Source: Octopus sinensis (Eukaryota). Taken from it: 64,000 bases of DNA. The translations under genes were made by a program, and so were the position numbers. The stretch is from the NCBI RefSeq assembly GCF_006345805.1, contig NC_042999.1, forward strand, positions 112,840,001-112,904,000, written 5' to 3'. A model generated the notes under the pieces. The model saw only the letters and a list, made by a program, of their open reading frames with translations. It ran no database searches and had not been told where the DNA came from. The stretch's first letter is position 1. Every line of letters starts with the position of its first letter. Of the stretch, positions 13,851 through 23,638 are shown piece after piece.

Positions 13851-14119
13851 CTGAAAAATTTTTTACTATTGTGCTCATGGGTATTTCCATTACTATTACA
13901 AAAAATTAGCGGAGGACATGGCAGACCGTCACCACGCCCACATTCCTTTTTTTTTTTTCATGTCCGCCAAATTAGCAATAGTTCTTAAAATTTTGCACAA
14001 ACTCAGATCGCAATGTAATTTATTGTTCATCTCCGGTTAATGCAGTTTCCTATCCGGATAGAACGTGAAGTGAAGCACTCTTTGCGGAGACATTAAAGTC
14101 TAGGCATGTTATTTCCTAC

Positions 14120-14394
14120 CTCAGTCACGTTTCCTTCTTTTCTTGTACATCGACTTGCAAGACCACATCGATGACAAGGGTCTGCTTCTAGTGACTCCGA
14201 CCAGAAGAGATTGGTGAAGATGACATTTCCGTAGAAATCTCTCAACAGCTTTGTACAGGGCAAACTCATTTAAGAGAAATATTCTCGGCTTGATCTTTAG
14301 AAGGATATTAATGTGGTATTCGTTGGTCACCCTGTCTTGAGGTCAGGTCAAATAGGATTTTCATTGATGTGCCGGATATACAGAAATTTACTAC
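14120..14394 (-). other. Candidate spliced exon of the same unidentified minus-strand transcript
   Basis: Acceptor tttctatttcAG (14395-14396) and donor GAG|GTAGGA (14119). It holds a 50-codon frame from the ATG at 14269 (MSLPCTKLL...EGNVTE) that is open to the donor. Confidence 0.3.
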
Positions 14395-14825
14395 CTGAAA
14401 TAGAAAATTCCGAAAATGGCAAAATAAGCTGTCTGATACATTGCGCATATCCTGATGCACGAAAGAAACTTTCTTGAAATTTTAATTGTTTATTTAGAAT
14501 TTTGTGAATTAGAAATAATTTCAAATGAGTTTACCCTGTACAAATTATCAAGAGCGTCCCAAACGTAACCATCCAATCCTTTAAAATATTTTAAACCTTG
14601 ACCATCCTGGACTTCTCTAAAAGTGTCCCAGCAGTATTCATCTAGATTTTTAACGCTTTTCATCCAACATTCCTAAAGTGAGCAACCTGTTTTAAAATTT
14701 CTAACCGTGACCATCCCATCTTTTTTTTTAAACGTTCTTGCTGTGACCACGGAGTCTTTAAAAAATGTATATTCCAGTTATGACTCTCAACTTTTAAAAA
14801 GAGATCTTCAATCCTAAGTTATATA

Positions 14826-14978
14826 TATCTGTAATATAATATGTGACAATTATTCGGTTGCAATAAGCATTTTTGTTTGTCTTAATAACTGACGAGATGC
14901 CGGAGCAGATTTACGCCCCGACATCCGAAACTCGGAGTTTTATTACAGCAACCGAATAATTGACACATATTACAGATA
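14826..14978. repeat. Short fold-back element: about 25-31-bp inverted arms enclosing a hammerhead motif
   Basis: taatatgtgacaattattcggttgc (14837-14861) pairs with gcaaccgaataattgacacatatta (14948-14972) with one mismatch. Pairing extends to tatctg/cagata. Confidence 0.8.
14883..14945 (+). ncRNA. Type I hammerhead ribozyme-like motif
   Basis: Stem I taataa/ttatta (6 bp, perfect). Core CTGACGA at 14889-14895. Stem II gatgccggagc/gccccgacatc(c) has 2 mismatches and 1 bulge. GAAA at 14927-14930, stem III ACT-cgg-AGT, cleavage triplet GUU at 14937-14939. Confidence 0.7.
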
Positions 14979-15194
14979 AATTCCTCTATTTACCTAATAT
15001 CATGGTCTCATTCATTACTATCAATATATATATATATACACTATACACACACATACAATTTTAAATATATATATATATATATATATATACATATCGTTTT
15101 TAGATTTGGTTTGGAGTGTCAAGACTTGAAAATGTTGCAAGACGCAACGAAAATTTTAGGAAAATAAAAATAAGGAATAAGTGGAAATATATAT

Positions 15195-17333
15195 ATATAC
15201 ACTACATATGTGGATCGATTGCATTAAGGGCGCAGTCGTCAGCAAAGAGAAAGTCTCTGACGACTGTCTCCCTCACCTTTGTGACAGCCTGCAATCTTCT
15301 GGAGTTGAAAAGTTTCCCGTCTGTCCTGTACTTGATGTCGATACCGGACTTGCAGTCCCTAAAGGCGTCGGACAGCATTGCCGAGAACATGATGCTGAAC
15401 AGTGTTGGGGCCAGGACACAGCCCTGCCTGACTCCGTTGGTCACCTGGAAGGTGAGGGAGACAGTCGTCAGAGACTTTCTCTTTGCTGACGACTGCGCCC
15501 TTAATGCAATCGATGAGCAGGAGATGCAGCTCGAGATGGACAGGTTCTCATCAGCCTGTGACAACTTCGGTCTCACCATCAGTGTCAAGAAAACCGAAGT
15601 GATGTTTCAGCCAGCCCCCGGCAAACAATACCATGAGCCTCAGATAAGGGTGAACGGACGGATCCTACGAGTGGTGGAAAACTTCACCTACCTGGGCAGC
15701 ACTCTCTCCTGCAATGCCAACATAGATGCTGAAACCATCAACAGAATCTCCAAGGCAAGCAGCGCGTTTGGGAGACTGCGAAAGAAAGTCTGGGAGCGGA
15801 GAGGAATCAGCCTCAACACCAAGCTGAAAGTCTACCGGGCAGTCGTGCTTACCACCCTACTATACGGCTGCGAGACGTGGACTGCTTACCGAAGGCACGA
15901 GCGCCAGATAAACCACTTCCATCTCAGGTGTCTTCGGAACCTCCTTCACATCCGCTGGCAGGACAAAGTCCCAGACACGGAAGTTCTGAAGCAGGCAGAT
16001 CTCCCTAGCACCATCACAATCATGCGCAAGGTCCAGCTGAGATGGGCGGGCCACGTCTCCCGCATGTCCGACACTCGCATCCCAAAACAGCTCTTCTACG
16101 GTGAACTCGGCCAGGGCAGGCGCAAAGTCGGAGGGCAGAAGAAGCGCTACAAGGATAGTCTCAAGGTCTTTCTCAAAGACTTCTCGGAACAGAGACCTGG
16201 GAGACACTTTTTGCCAACCGCTCATCCTGGCGCAGCGCAATCACCGTGGGAGCAGGGACAACCGAGGAGGGACGGATTCGGTCAGCGGAGCAGAAACGTC
16301 AGATGCGTAAAGCCAGAGCCGCCTGCACCAGTAGCACGGCCCCTACCTACTTCTGCCCCACCTGTGGGAGGGGCTTCCTTGCCCGGATTGGCCTCACCAG
16401 CCACCCCAGGTCTCATGGCGGCAGTTCCATCAGATGATGTCAGTTGGTCATCTTCGAACCGAAGGACGAACATTATTATTACATATGTGGAAAATTCTGT
16501 CTGTGTGTGTGTTTGCTTATGGGTTTGTTTACTAACTCCTCCTACATCGTTTTATCGATTTTTATGAAACTTGAGACGTGAGTAGAACTCATGTCTGGAA
16601 ACCTCGTGACATACTTAGATTGTTGAAAAAAAAAATCGATAATTGGGCTCCTGGAAGGGATCCTTATATATATCTAAAAAAATTATTTTAAAAATCAAGG
16701 GAAATAACCCTTTCGCTCCTGGAAGGGATCTTTAATATAGCCAAGAGAAATAACCCATTTACTTTCGTAAATTATTTGGTATAAATCATATTGAGTATGC
16801 TTATTTTTTAGTATTTTAACTGTTAGACTTATTTTCGTAATTTCTCCAATACAACGCTTAAACAAGTAAATAGTATTTTCCTAAACAATAGATCCACTTA
16901 TTTCGGTTAGTGACTTATTCAGAATATACCAACACTAGCGCCGCTGAGTAATATTTTCTGGGAACGCACAAAAGCCCTTTCAGAGTTATTTAATTTGAAT
17001 TGTTATTATCTAATATCTGATTACATAACATGGTTCACGATTTTAGTATATATACCTTATTAGTATTTCCTAATTTATTTTAATTCTTACTATCGGGTAA
17101 CTAATTTCATGTTATTACATAACTGATTTCACAATTTGGGTATTCATAACTTATTGGGAATTCCTAAAAACAAGACCCTGTGTAAGACAGTTCGGTATTC
17201 TATGTAAATGCACAAAAACTGTTTTAAGGGCTACATACTATGTATTGTTGTTACTGGATTAGCGAAACAATTATGAGAACGGAACCAAGGAATAAGCCCC
17301 GCTTTCCCGGGAATTACCGGGTACGTCAGCTAG
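15195..17333 (+). mobile_element. Non-autonomous Helitron-type element (interrupted by the RTE insertion)
   Basis: The 3' hairpin cccgg-gaatta-ccggg (17306-17321) is followed by CTAG|T (17330-17334). Removing the LINE restores the head actacatatgtggaaaattctgtctgtgtg. The 5' boundary is uncertain. Confidence 0.6.
15215..16479 (+). mobile_element. 5'-truncated RTE-clade (BovB-like) LINE with 5' inversion and 12-bp TSD
   Basis: RT C-terminal half ([34 protein letters not shown]) and a frameshifted CPTCGRGFLARIGLTSH zinc finger. It ends in an (ATT)n tail. TSD tacatatgtgga at 15203-15214 and 16480-16491. Segment 15215-15450 encodes [17 protein letters not shown] on the minus strand. Confidence 0.92.
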
Positions 17334-17337
17334 TATG

Positions 17338-17419
<82 letters not shown>

Positions 17420-17434
17420 CATATACATATATCG

Positions 17435-18932
17435 GGTACTTGTCTATTGTCGTGGTCCCGGTTTCGCACACGCGAATTCGCGCGCGCGCGCCAGACGTAG
17501 GTACTCGATACTCGAGATCCTACGAGGTGACTTGCGCATGCGCAGTGCAGAATTCGCGCATGCGCGTTACCCCCCACCCCCCAAAAAAGGTGTTGGATTT
17601 CACTAAAAATATATATGTGTGTGTGTGTGTGTGTGTGTATATATAACATTTTCAATTTTACACAAAAAAATTACATAGTCGCTTTCCTCGCGGATTTACA
17701 GATAAATGAATTAATTACTATTTTACAGAATAAAATTAATGAATTAATTATATAAATTAAATAATTCTTGAAAATTAATTAATATTAATAATATTTTTTG
17801 AACAAAGTAAATAATTTATAAAACTTGGTTAATAATTTTTTTTACACAAACGCGAACGTATATAATTTGTGAAACTTTTTTTTTTTTACAGACGTATATA
17901 ATTTGGTAAACTTAATGAATTAATTTCTTCTCATCATCATCATCGTTTAACGTCCGTTCTCCATGCCAGCATGGGTTGGACGGTTCGACCGGGGATCTGG
18001 GAAGCCAGAAGGCTGCACCAGACTCCAGTCTTATCTGGCAATGTTTCTACAGCTGGATGCCCTTCCTAACGCCAACCACTCCGAGAGTGTAGTGGGTGCT
18101 TTTTACATGCCACCCGCACAGGTGCCAGGAGAGGCTGGCAACGGCCACGGTCGGATTGGTGCCAGTCGAGGCGGCTCTGGCATCGGCCACGATTCGGATA
18201 GTGCTTTTTACGTACCACCAGTCCAGGGGTCCTGGCATTTGCCGGGTGCCACACTTGCCCCAACATGTCTTCGCAAGCAAAGGGGGTTGGCGTGGGTGCC
18301 TGTCGTGGGATGAGGTTCGATATCAACTTCGCTTGCCTCAACAGGTCTTTGTGTATAAATGTATAAATTTTTCGCACTAAATTCTTTCCGTAGAATTTAT
18401 CAAAAAACGCGCAAAATTATTCCGTAGAATTTATCAAATTAAAAAACGCAAAATTAATATATTTTTTGAAATTGCAAATTATTTAGAATATAAAACAAAT
18501 GAAGTTAAATTTTAAAAATAAATGTCATATACTTATACTCTGTAAGGTGCTGTGTTCACACTTCAATTTACTATTTTCTAGAAATGTTGCTTTTCTAATT
18601 GAAACAATTTTTCTCAATCTCCATTTAAAAGTCCATAATGCCTCTTGAGCCATATCAAAATGAACAACTTTGAATTACGCGGGAAAGCGACTATGTAATT
18701 TTTTTGTGTAAAATTGAAAATGTTATATATACACACACACATATATATTTTTAGTGAAATCCAACACCTTTTTTTTTTTTTTGGGGGGGGGGGGGTAACG
18801 CGCATGCGCGAATTCTGCACTGCGCATGCGCAAGTCACCTCGTAGGATCTCGAGTATCGAGTACCTACGTCTGGCGCGCGCGCGCGCGAATTCGCGTGTG
18901 CGAAACCGGGACCACGACAATAGACAAGTACC
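17435..18932. mobile_element. Fold-back / MITE-like element with about 255-bp CpG-rich terminal inverted repeats
   Basis: 17435-17692 is the reverse complement of 18678-18932, differing essentially only in homopolymer and microsatellite lengths and near the inner end. Termini are GGTAC...GTACC in TA-rich flanks. The interior is AT-rich with no transposase ORF. Confidence 0.9.
17931..18350 (-). mobile_element. RTE 3'-UTR fragment inserted in the fold-back element
   Basis: (cat)n-cgtttaacgtccgttctccatgccagcatgggttggacgg...ccttcctaacgccaaccactccgagagtgtagtggg is the reverse complement of the LINE tail. Confidence 0.85.
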
Positions 18933-19004
18933 TATATATCGTTTGTAGAAATACATAAATACGGGGTAGAAGCACACTCTAAGATGTAGAGCAGTTGATT
19001 ATTA

Positions 19005-19161
19005 TAGTGGGGACCGGTTTATGGAGTTACCCTAGCTTTCTCGCTCATAAGGGGTTTAACCTTACGACATTGATAGCATAAAGGCCTCTTCAAAATATCC
19101 TGGGTTTGAAAATATTTTGAAGCGAGAAATCCAGGGTAACCCAATAAACCGGCCTCCGTTA
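19005..19161. mobile_element. Small MITE-like palindrome
   Basis: accggtttatggagttaccctagctttctcgct pairs imperfectly with agcgagaaatccagggtaacccaataaaccggc. TATA flanks on both sides. Confidence 0.55.
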
Positions 19162-19483
19162 TAATACACACACGCACACACACATACACTCACTCATATA
19201 TATATAATATATATATTCAAAATTCCGTTGAATTAGATACTTAAATTGAGGTACCTTTCTAGGTCGGTATGATCCGCACACGCTAACAATATTAATTGAA
19301 TATTGAATATCAGGACTTCGTGTACGGGTGTTTGTACGTGATATTTCAGCTGCGTGTGCAGACAAGGCAAACCCAGCTAAGTGAAGATATTCGCTCTTGG
19401 TAATTCTGACCATTACTTTTTATAAACGTACTTTCTAAAATATTTCCGAAGTGCAGATTCCAGGTTAGGTGAATAAAATATAA

Positions 19484-19574
19484 ATGAGTAACAAAGATGT
19501 GCAGGTGTCAGTTCGTTACGGAGTAGCTTGAAACGGCCGTAATGAATTGACACCTGTATATCTTTGTTACTCAT
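19484..19574. repeat. 38-bp inverted repeat with 15-nt loop containing a hammerhead 3'-half motif
   Basis: Arms are 19484-19521 and 19537-19574. All 4 deviations are G.U-compatible on the + strand. The loop/arm junction reads GAAAC-GGCC-GTA. Confidence 0.85.
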
Positions 19575-19693
19575 ATACATATATTAGTAGTATTTTGTAA
19601 GCTTAAAGCTCATAAGCGATCATTGTGCAATGGTTAAAGAAATTAGTCTAATACTGGAGCTTACACGACCTCGACGGAAAAAAAAGTTTTTTT

Positions 19694-19766
19694 CCGTACG
19701 CGTGGGACACGAACCTACATCTCTTTGTTTTCGTGACAAGTGTACTAACCATTTAAACTATCGTCG
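19694..19766 (-). other. tRNA-like / SINE-head remnant (not a functional tRNA)
   Basis: The minus strand has an A-box-like TAGTTTAAATGG and a B-box-like GGTTCGTGTCCC at tRNA spacing, followed by a hairpin and T-run. The acceptor stem and anticodon loop are non-canonical. Confidence 0.35.
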
Positions 19767-20260
19767 AAAAACTTCCTCCAGACACACATATAAACTCACT
19801 CTAGGTATTTTCTCTTAACTGTGTGTGTGTGTTTTTTGTGAGTGTGTGTTCGTGTTCATGCATATATGTATATTAAAAAGTGTTATTAAAAAGCTAGGGA
19901 GACTATATTAATATTAGAGTAAAATTTATTGTAAATTTCGAATTGAATGGGACTTCAAATTTCGCTTATCGGATATTCAACCGAGTTGTGTAGGTCAATT
20001 GGAGAAAATTTGAAGAATAGAAAAGTTTTTCAACGAAAGTCTAATTAAATTTGTCATAGTTACGACTAACTTTTTTTCGGAAGAAATATACGTAATTATA
20101 GTTTCTCGGATGTTCGTACCAATCCGTTTTATTTACGACATGAAAAAAGATTGAATGCCACAAAAACATTCAGCCTATCATTGCTATTAAACTATGACAT
20201 TATTTTTTACAAGTTACCTATTTAATGAACATGTTTTTAAATTGAGGAATATATATTTAT

Positions 20261-20602
20261 CAGTGGCGTAGCTATTAGGGGAACAAGAGGAGCGACAGCT
20301 CTCCACGAGCACATTTTTTTTCAAAATTGGCGCCTTCTTAACAATTTAAAAAAAAACTGTTTATATAATAATAATGAAATTATTGTATACAGTGCTCAGG
20401 TGCACCACAACTATTAATTACCTATATCAGTAGTTGTTTTATACATAATGATATTGTTATTGAAACATGAAATTAATGTAGAATAAATTATATTGTAACT
20501 AATGAAACATCGCGTAACATAAAAGAAATGAGTCAAAAACTGCTGTCAGGGCGCTTTCTTTGTGTTTGCACCCACTAACTTTAGAACTTGGCTACGCCTC
20601 TG
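20261..20602. mobile_element. hAT-type MITE
   Basis: TIRs CAGTGGCGTAGC / GCTACGCCTCTG, with 8-bp flanks atatttat / atacttat (7 of 8 match). Confidence 0.8.
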
Positions 20603-21526
20603 ATACTTATACATAAATATGTAACATTAAATGTGTGCATGTCTCATGGAAGAAGCCTCTACGTATCGCTCGACTAGCTAGAAGTTGCAGCTAAAGTGTC
20701 TCAAATCATATCTTGTCATTTCAGAAAGGATAGTCACGGGTTCTCTGCATATAGATTGAAAAAAGAAAAAGTTATGGTTCGCCTGTTTTTGATCTGCTCG
20801 ATGAGAACTGACTGGGTTTGAATAACACCACCTAAGATTGCAGGTGTGGTTTTTAATATTATTGTTGCTCAATGACAAAAACTTACAGTTAGTGAATAAA
20901 AAGTAATAAAAGTAATGATGCAATGACATTCAGGTTTATAAAAAAAAAAAGAAATTTATATTCATTGTGAAAGTAAATATGAAGAAAGGAATATGTCTAT
21001 ATTTTTATTCTATTTCATATATAGCTTTATTATAAATTGATAGTCTTCGTAAATTAAAAAAAAAAGAAAAAAGAAGCTATTTAATTAGATTTCTTCGTAA
21101 GTTAGAAGAAGCATTGCAGAAATTTAGCAATTTTGAATTGTAGCCAAATAATAACTCAAGACAGTGCTGCAAATGTTCTCAGCATCCGGGGAAAAACATT
21201 TGGCGCCCTTATTTAAATCATGTTAATTTCGCACCCCTTTGCGCCTGCGCCTGGGTAACTTCTACCCATCGGATCTCTTATTTCTGACACTGAATACAGT
21301 CATAACTTTTTTTTTGTTTTGTTGGGAGTGATTATAGGAGCACAATTCTAATAATTAGCAGAAGCAAAAAATTTGGAAATAAAACCATTTCTTACACAAA
21401 ACCATAAATTTACAAGGAAGAAGAAATAAAGATAACGCTGTATCTTAAGCAAGGCATTTTACTTCATTGTGTTTTAGTTCACACATCTGAAAGTTGAGTA
21501 AGAATTGAAAAACCGGGTCGCAAATA

Positions 21527-22427
21527 TTTGGTCATCCCATAATTAATGCGGTTTTTTATAGTTTTATTTTTCAAAATTAAGATCAACAAAGTTCTTTTTT
21601 AATCTAAAAATATACTCCCCTTCATTTTCTACAGTGCTCTTCCATCTATCTGGTAGACTTGCAAAATTCACTTGTCTGTGACGAAAAATACTCTTCCAGT
21701 ACTGTTCTGACCTTGTCTACAAAGTTCATATTTTTTCTGTCCAAATGATTTTCAAGACTGCAGAATAAATGATAATCAGATGAGGCAATGTCTGGTGAAT
21801 ATGGTGGGCGGGGCATCATTTCCCATTGAAACTGCTCCAGCCTTTGGAATGTCATCTTTGCTGTATGTGGGCGAGCATTATCCTGATGGAAGAACACCTT
21901 TCATCTTGAAACCAAAGATGGTTGTTTTTCTTCTAGCACTGACTTGAATGACTGGTTGAATGACCAAAACCAAGCTTCTCTGCTAATTCTTCAACAGTTA
22001 TGATGGGATTTTGTTTCACCTGGGTTTGCAGGATGTCCTCAACAAGCTCTAAGATCTAGGACAAGTCTCACCTTCTAGGCTGTAGTTTTCAGCTCAGAAT
22101 TTCTGGAACTACTATTGACACTGGCTTATGCTTATTGTCCAATCCCCATATATTGCATTTATATTTCTTTCGCTTTCCATTGCATTGTTGCCTTTATTGA
22201 ACTCATGAAGCAAAATATGCCAAATATGCTTCTTTGTCACTTCCATTATAGCTTTGAAAAAATAACTGTTAAAATCAAACTGCACTCTTCAAAACTTGCA
22301 CTAAGAATAAGGACAAGGTAAAATTACTACCTGCTTATATAGCAAATTGATGTGGGTAGTTTATCCCGTCCTCCTCCGACTTTTATTTCATGCAATTACA
22401 AAACTTATTATTTATGGGATGACCCAA
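21527..22427 (-). mobile_element. Internally deleted mariner transposon relic
   Basis: The minus ORF has HQDNARPH and PPYSPDIASSDYHLF. TIRs are tttggtcatcccataa / ttatgggatgacccaa. Confidence 0.88.
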
Positions 22428-23351
22428 TCCTTGCATCTACAGATTTCTACTGAACATATAGTCAAGCATGGACCAATTAAAATGGTCAAAACCTTTAATT
22501 TTTTTTTTTTTATTATCTAAACATTATTTGAAGGCTGTATTTTTCTGAAAGTTTTTAGATTTTAGATATTTTACTACAGGTAAAAAAAGAATAAAGAAAG
22601 TGAAAACTATATTTCAATGACAAGAATTAAAGATGAAATACAAGAGGGTGCTACCATGGAGAAGATAATGAATGTGTTGTACAAAACTTGATAAAATATT
22701 TGTTATTCCTAGATTAGTGATCAACATAATAGCCAGAAATCCTGGTTTTGATCCTGATCAGAATCAATTTCCTTCGCATGTGCAGACAAGGTATTTGTGA
22801 AAAAGGTTTAATATTCATTCTCCCATTTAACCTTTTAAGTAATAAACAAAAATTTTCAATTAGTTTTTTTTTCTATTGGAAACAAACTTGTTAATTTCTA
22901 CTTGAATATATTCATTTGTCATCGTCAACAGCATCATCATTTATGTCTTGTCTTCCATGTTGGCATGGGTTGCATGGCTTGACAGGATCCAATGAACCAA
23001 AGAACTGTGGCAAGTTCCAATATCTGCTATGGCTTAGTTTCTACAGTTGGGTACCCTTTCTAACACTAACTGCATTATAGAGTGAAGTAAGTGCTATTTT
23101 TTGTGACACTGGCATGAGTGAAATTTGTTAAGTAAGTAGTAAGACAAAGAAAATGAAAAAGCCGCCCAGAGGATGTGGCCCTGTGATGGGTGTTGAGAGG
23201 CTAAACTATGTCAAGCACAGGTGTCTTGCTCTCTCTCTATATATAGAGTGGACAAATGAAATTAAGTGGCTCTCAACATATTTGGTAAGAGTTACCTATA
23301 CTTTTTAATAATAATGAAATAATAATAATAATAACAACAACAAAAACAATA

Positions 23352-23638
23352 CAGTTCTATATTTAAGAGATGAGGAATTATGTACATTATTTACATTTGA
23401 CAGATATTTGTCTTCATCTTGTTTGTTGTTAACACAATGTTTCAGTTGATATACCCTCCAGCCTTCTTCAGGTGTCTTGGGGAAATTTCGAACCTGGGTT
23501 CTCATTCCTAAGGTATTCTTCGATGTCATTATTATTATTATTGTTCAGGTCACTGCTTGGAATCGAACTCGGAATCTTGGGGTTAGTAGCCCATGCTCTT
23601 AATCACTATGCCATATGCCCGTGGGCATATGGCATAGT
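23352..23638 (-). mobile_element. Second copy of the palindromic tRNA-head / hammerhead element (one full arm plus palindrome centre)
   Basis: Reverse complement of 5268-5560 over most of its length. TA|CAGTTC end at 23350-23357. Perfect 16-bp inverted repeat actatgccatatgccc-gt-gggcatatggcatagt (23605-23638). A-box TGGCATAGTG and B-box GTTCGATTCC on the minus strand. Confidence 0.85.
23431..23476 (-). ncRNA. Minimal hammerhead ribozyme-like motif, degenerate
   Basis: The minus strand reads gacac-CTGAAGA-a-ggctgg-agggtata-tcaact-GAAAC-att-gtgtt. It differs from the 5441 copy at the variable N7 core position and at one stem II base. Confidence 0.55.

Noticed and set aside
15116-16567. 483-aa ORF as a host gene
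   Set aside because: It is a chimera of flank, antisense RT and a truncated, frameshifted RT, produced by the 5' inversion.
17240-17655. ORFs with YIYI/CVCV runs (also at 7675-7919, 8182-8691, 34704-35157, 49763-50043)
   Set aside because: They are translations of (TA)n, (TG)n and (GAAA)n microsatellites.
19694-19766. Functional tRNA gene
   Set aside because: A and B boxes are present, but the acceptor stem does not pair and the anticodon loop lacks U33. It is more likely a SINE head.
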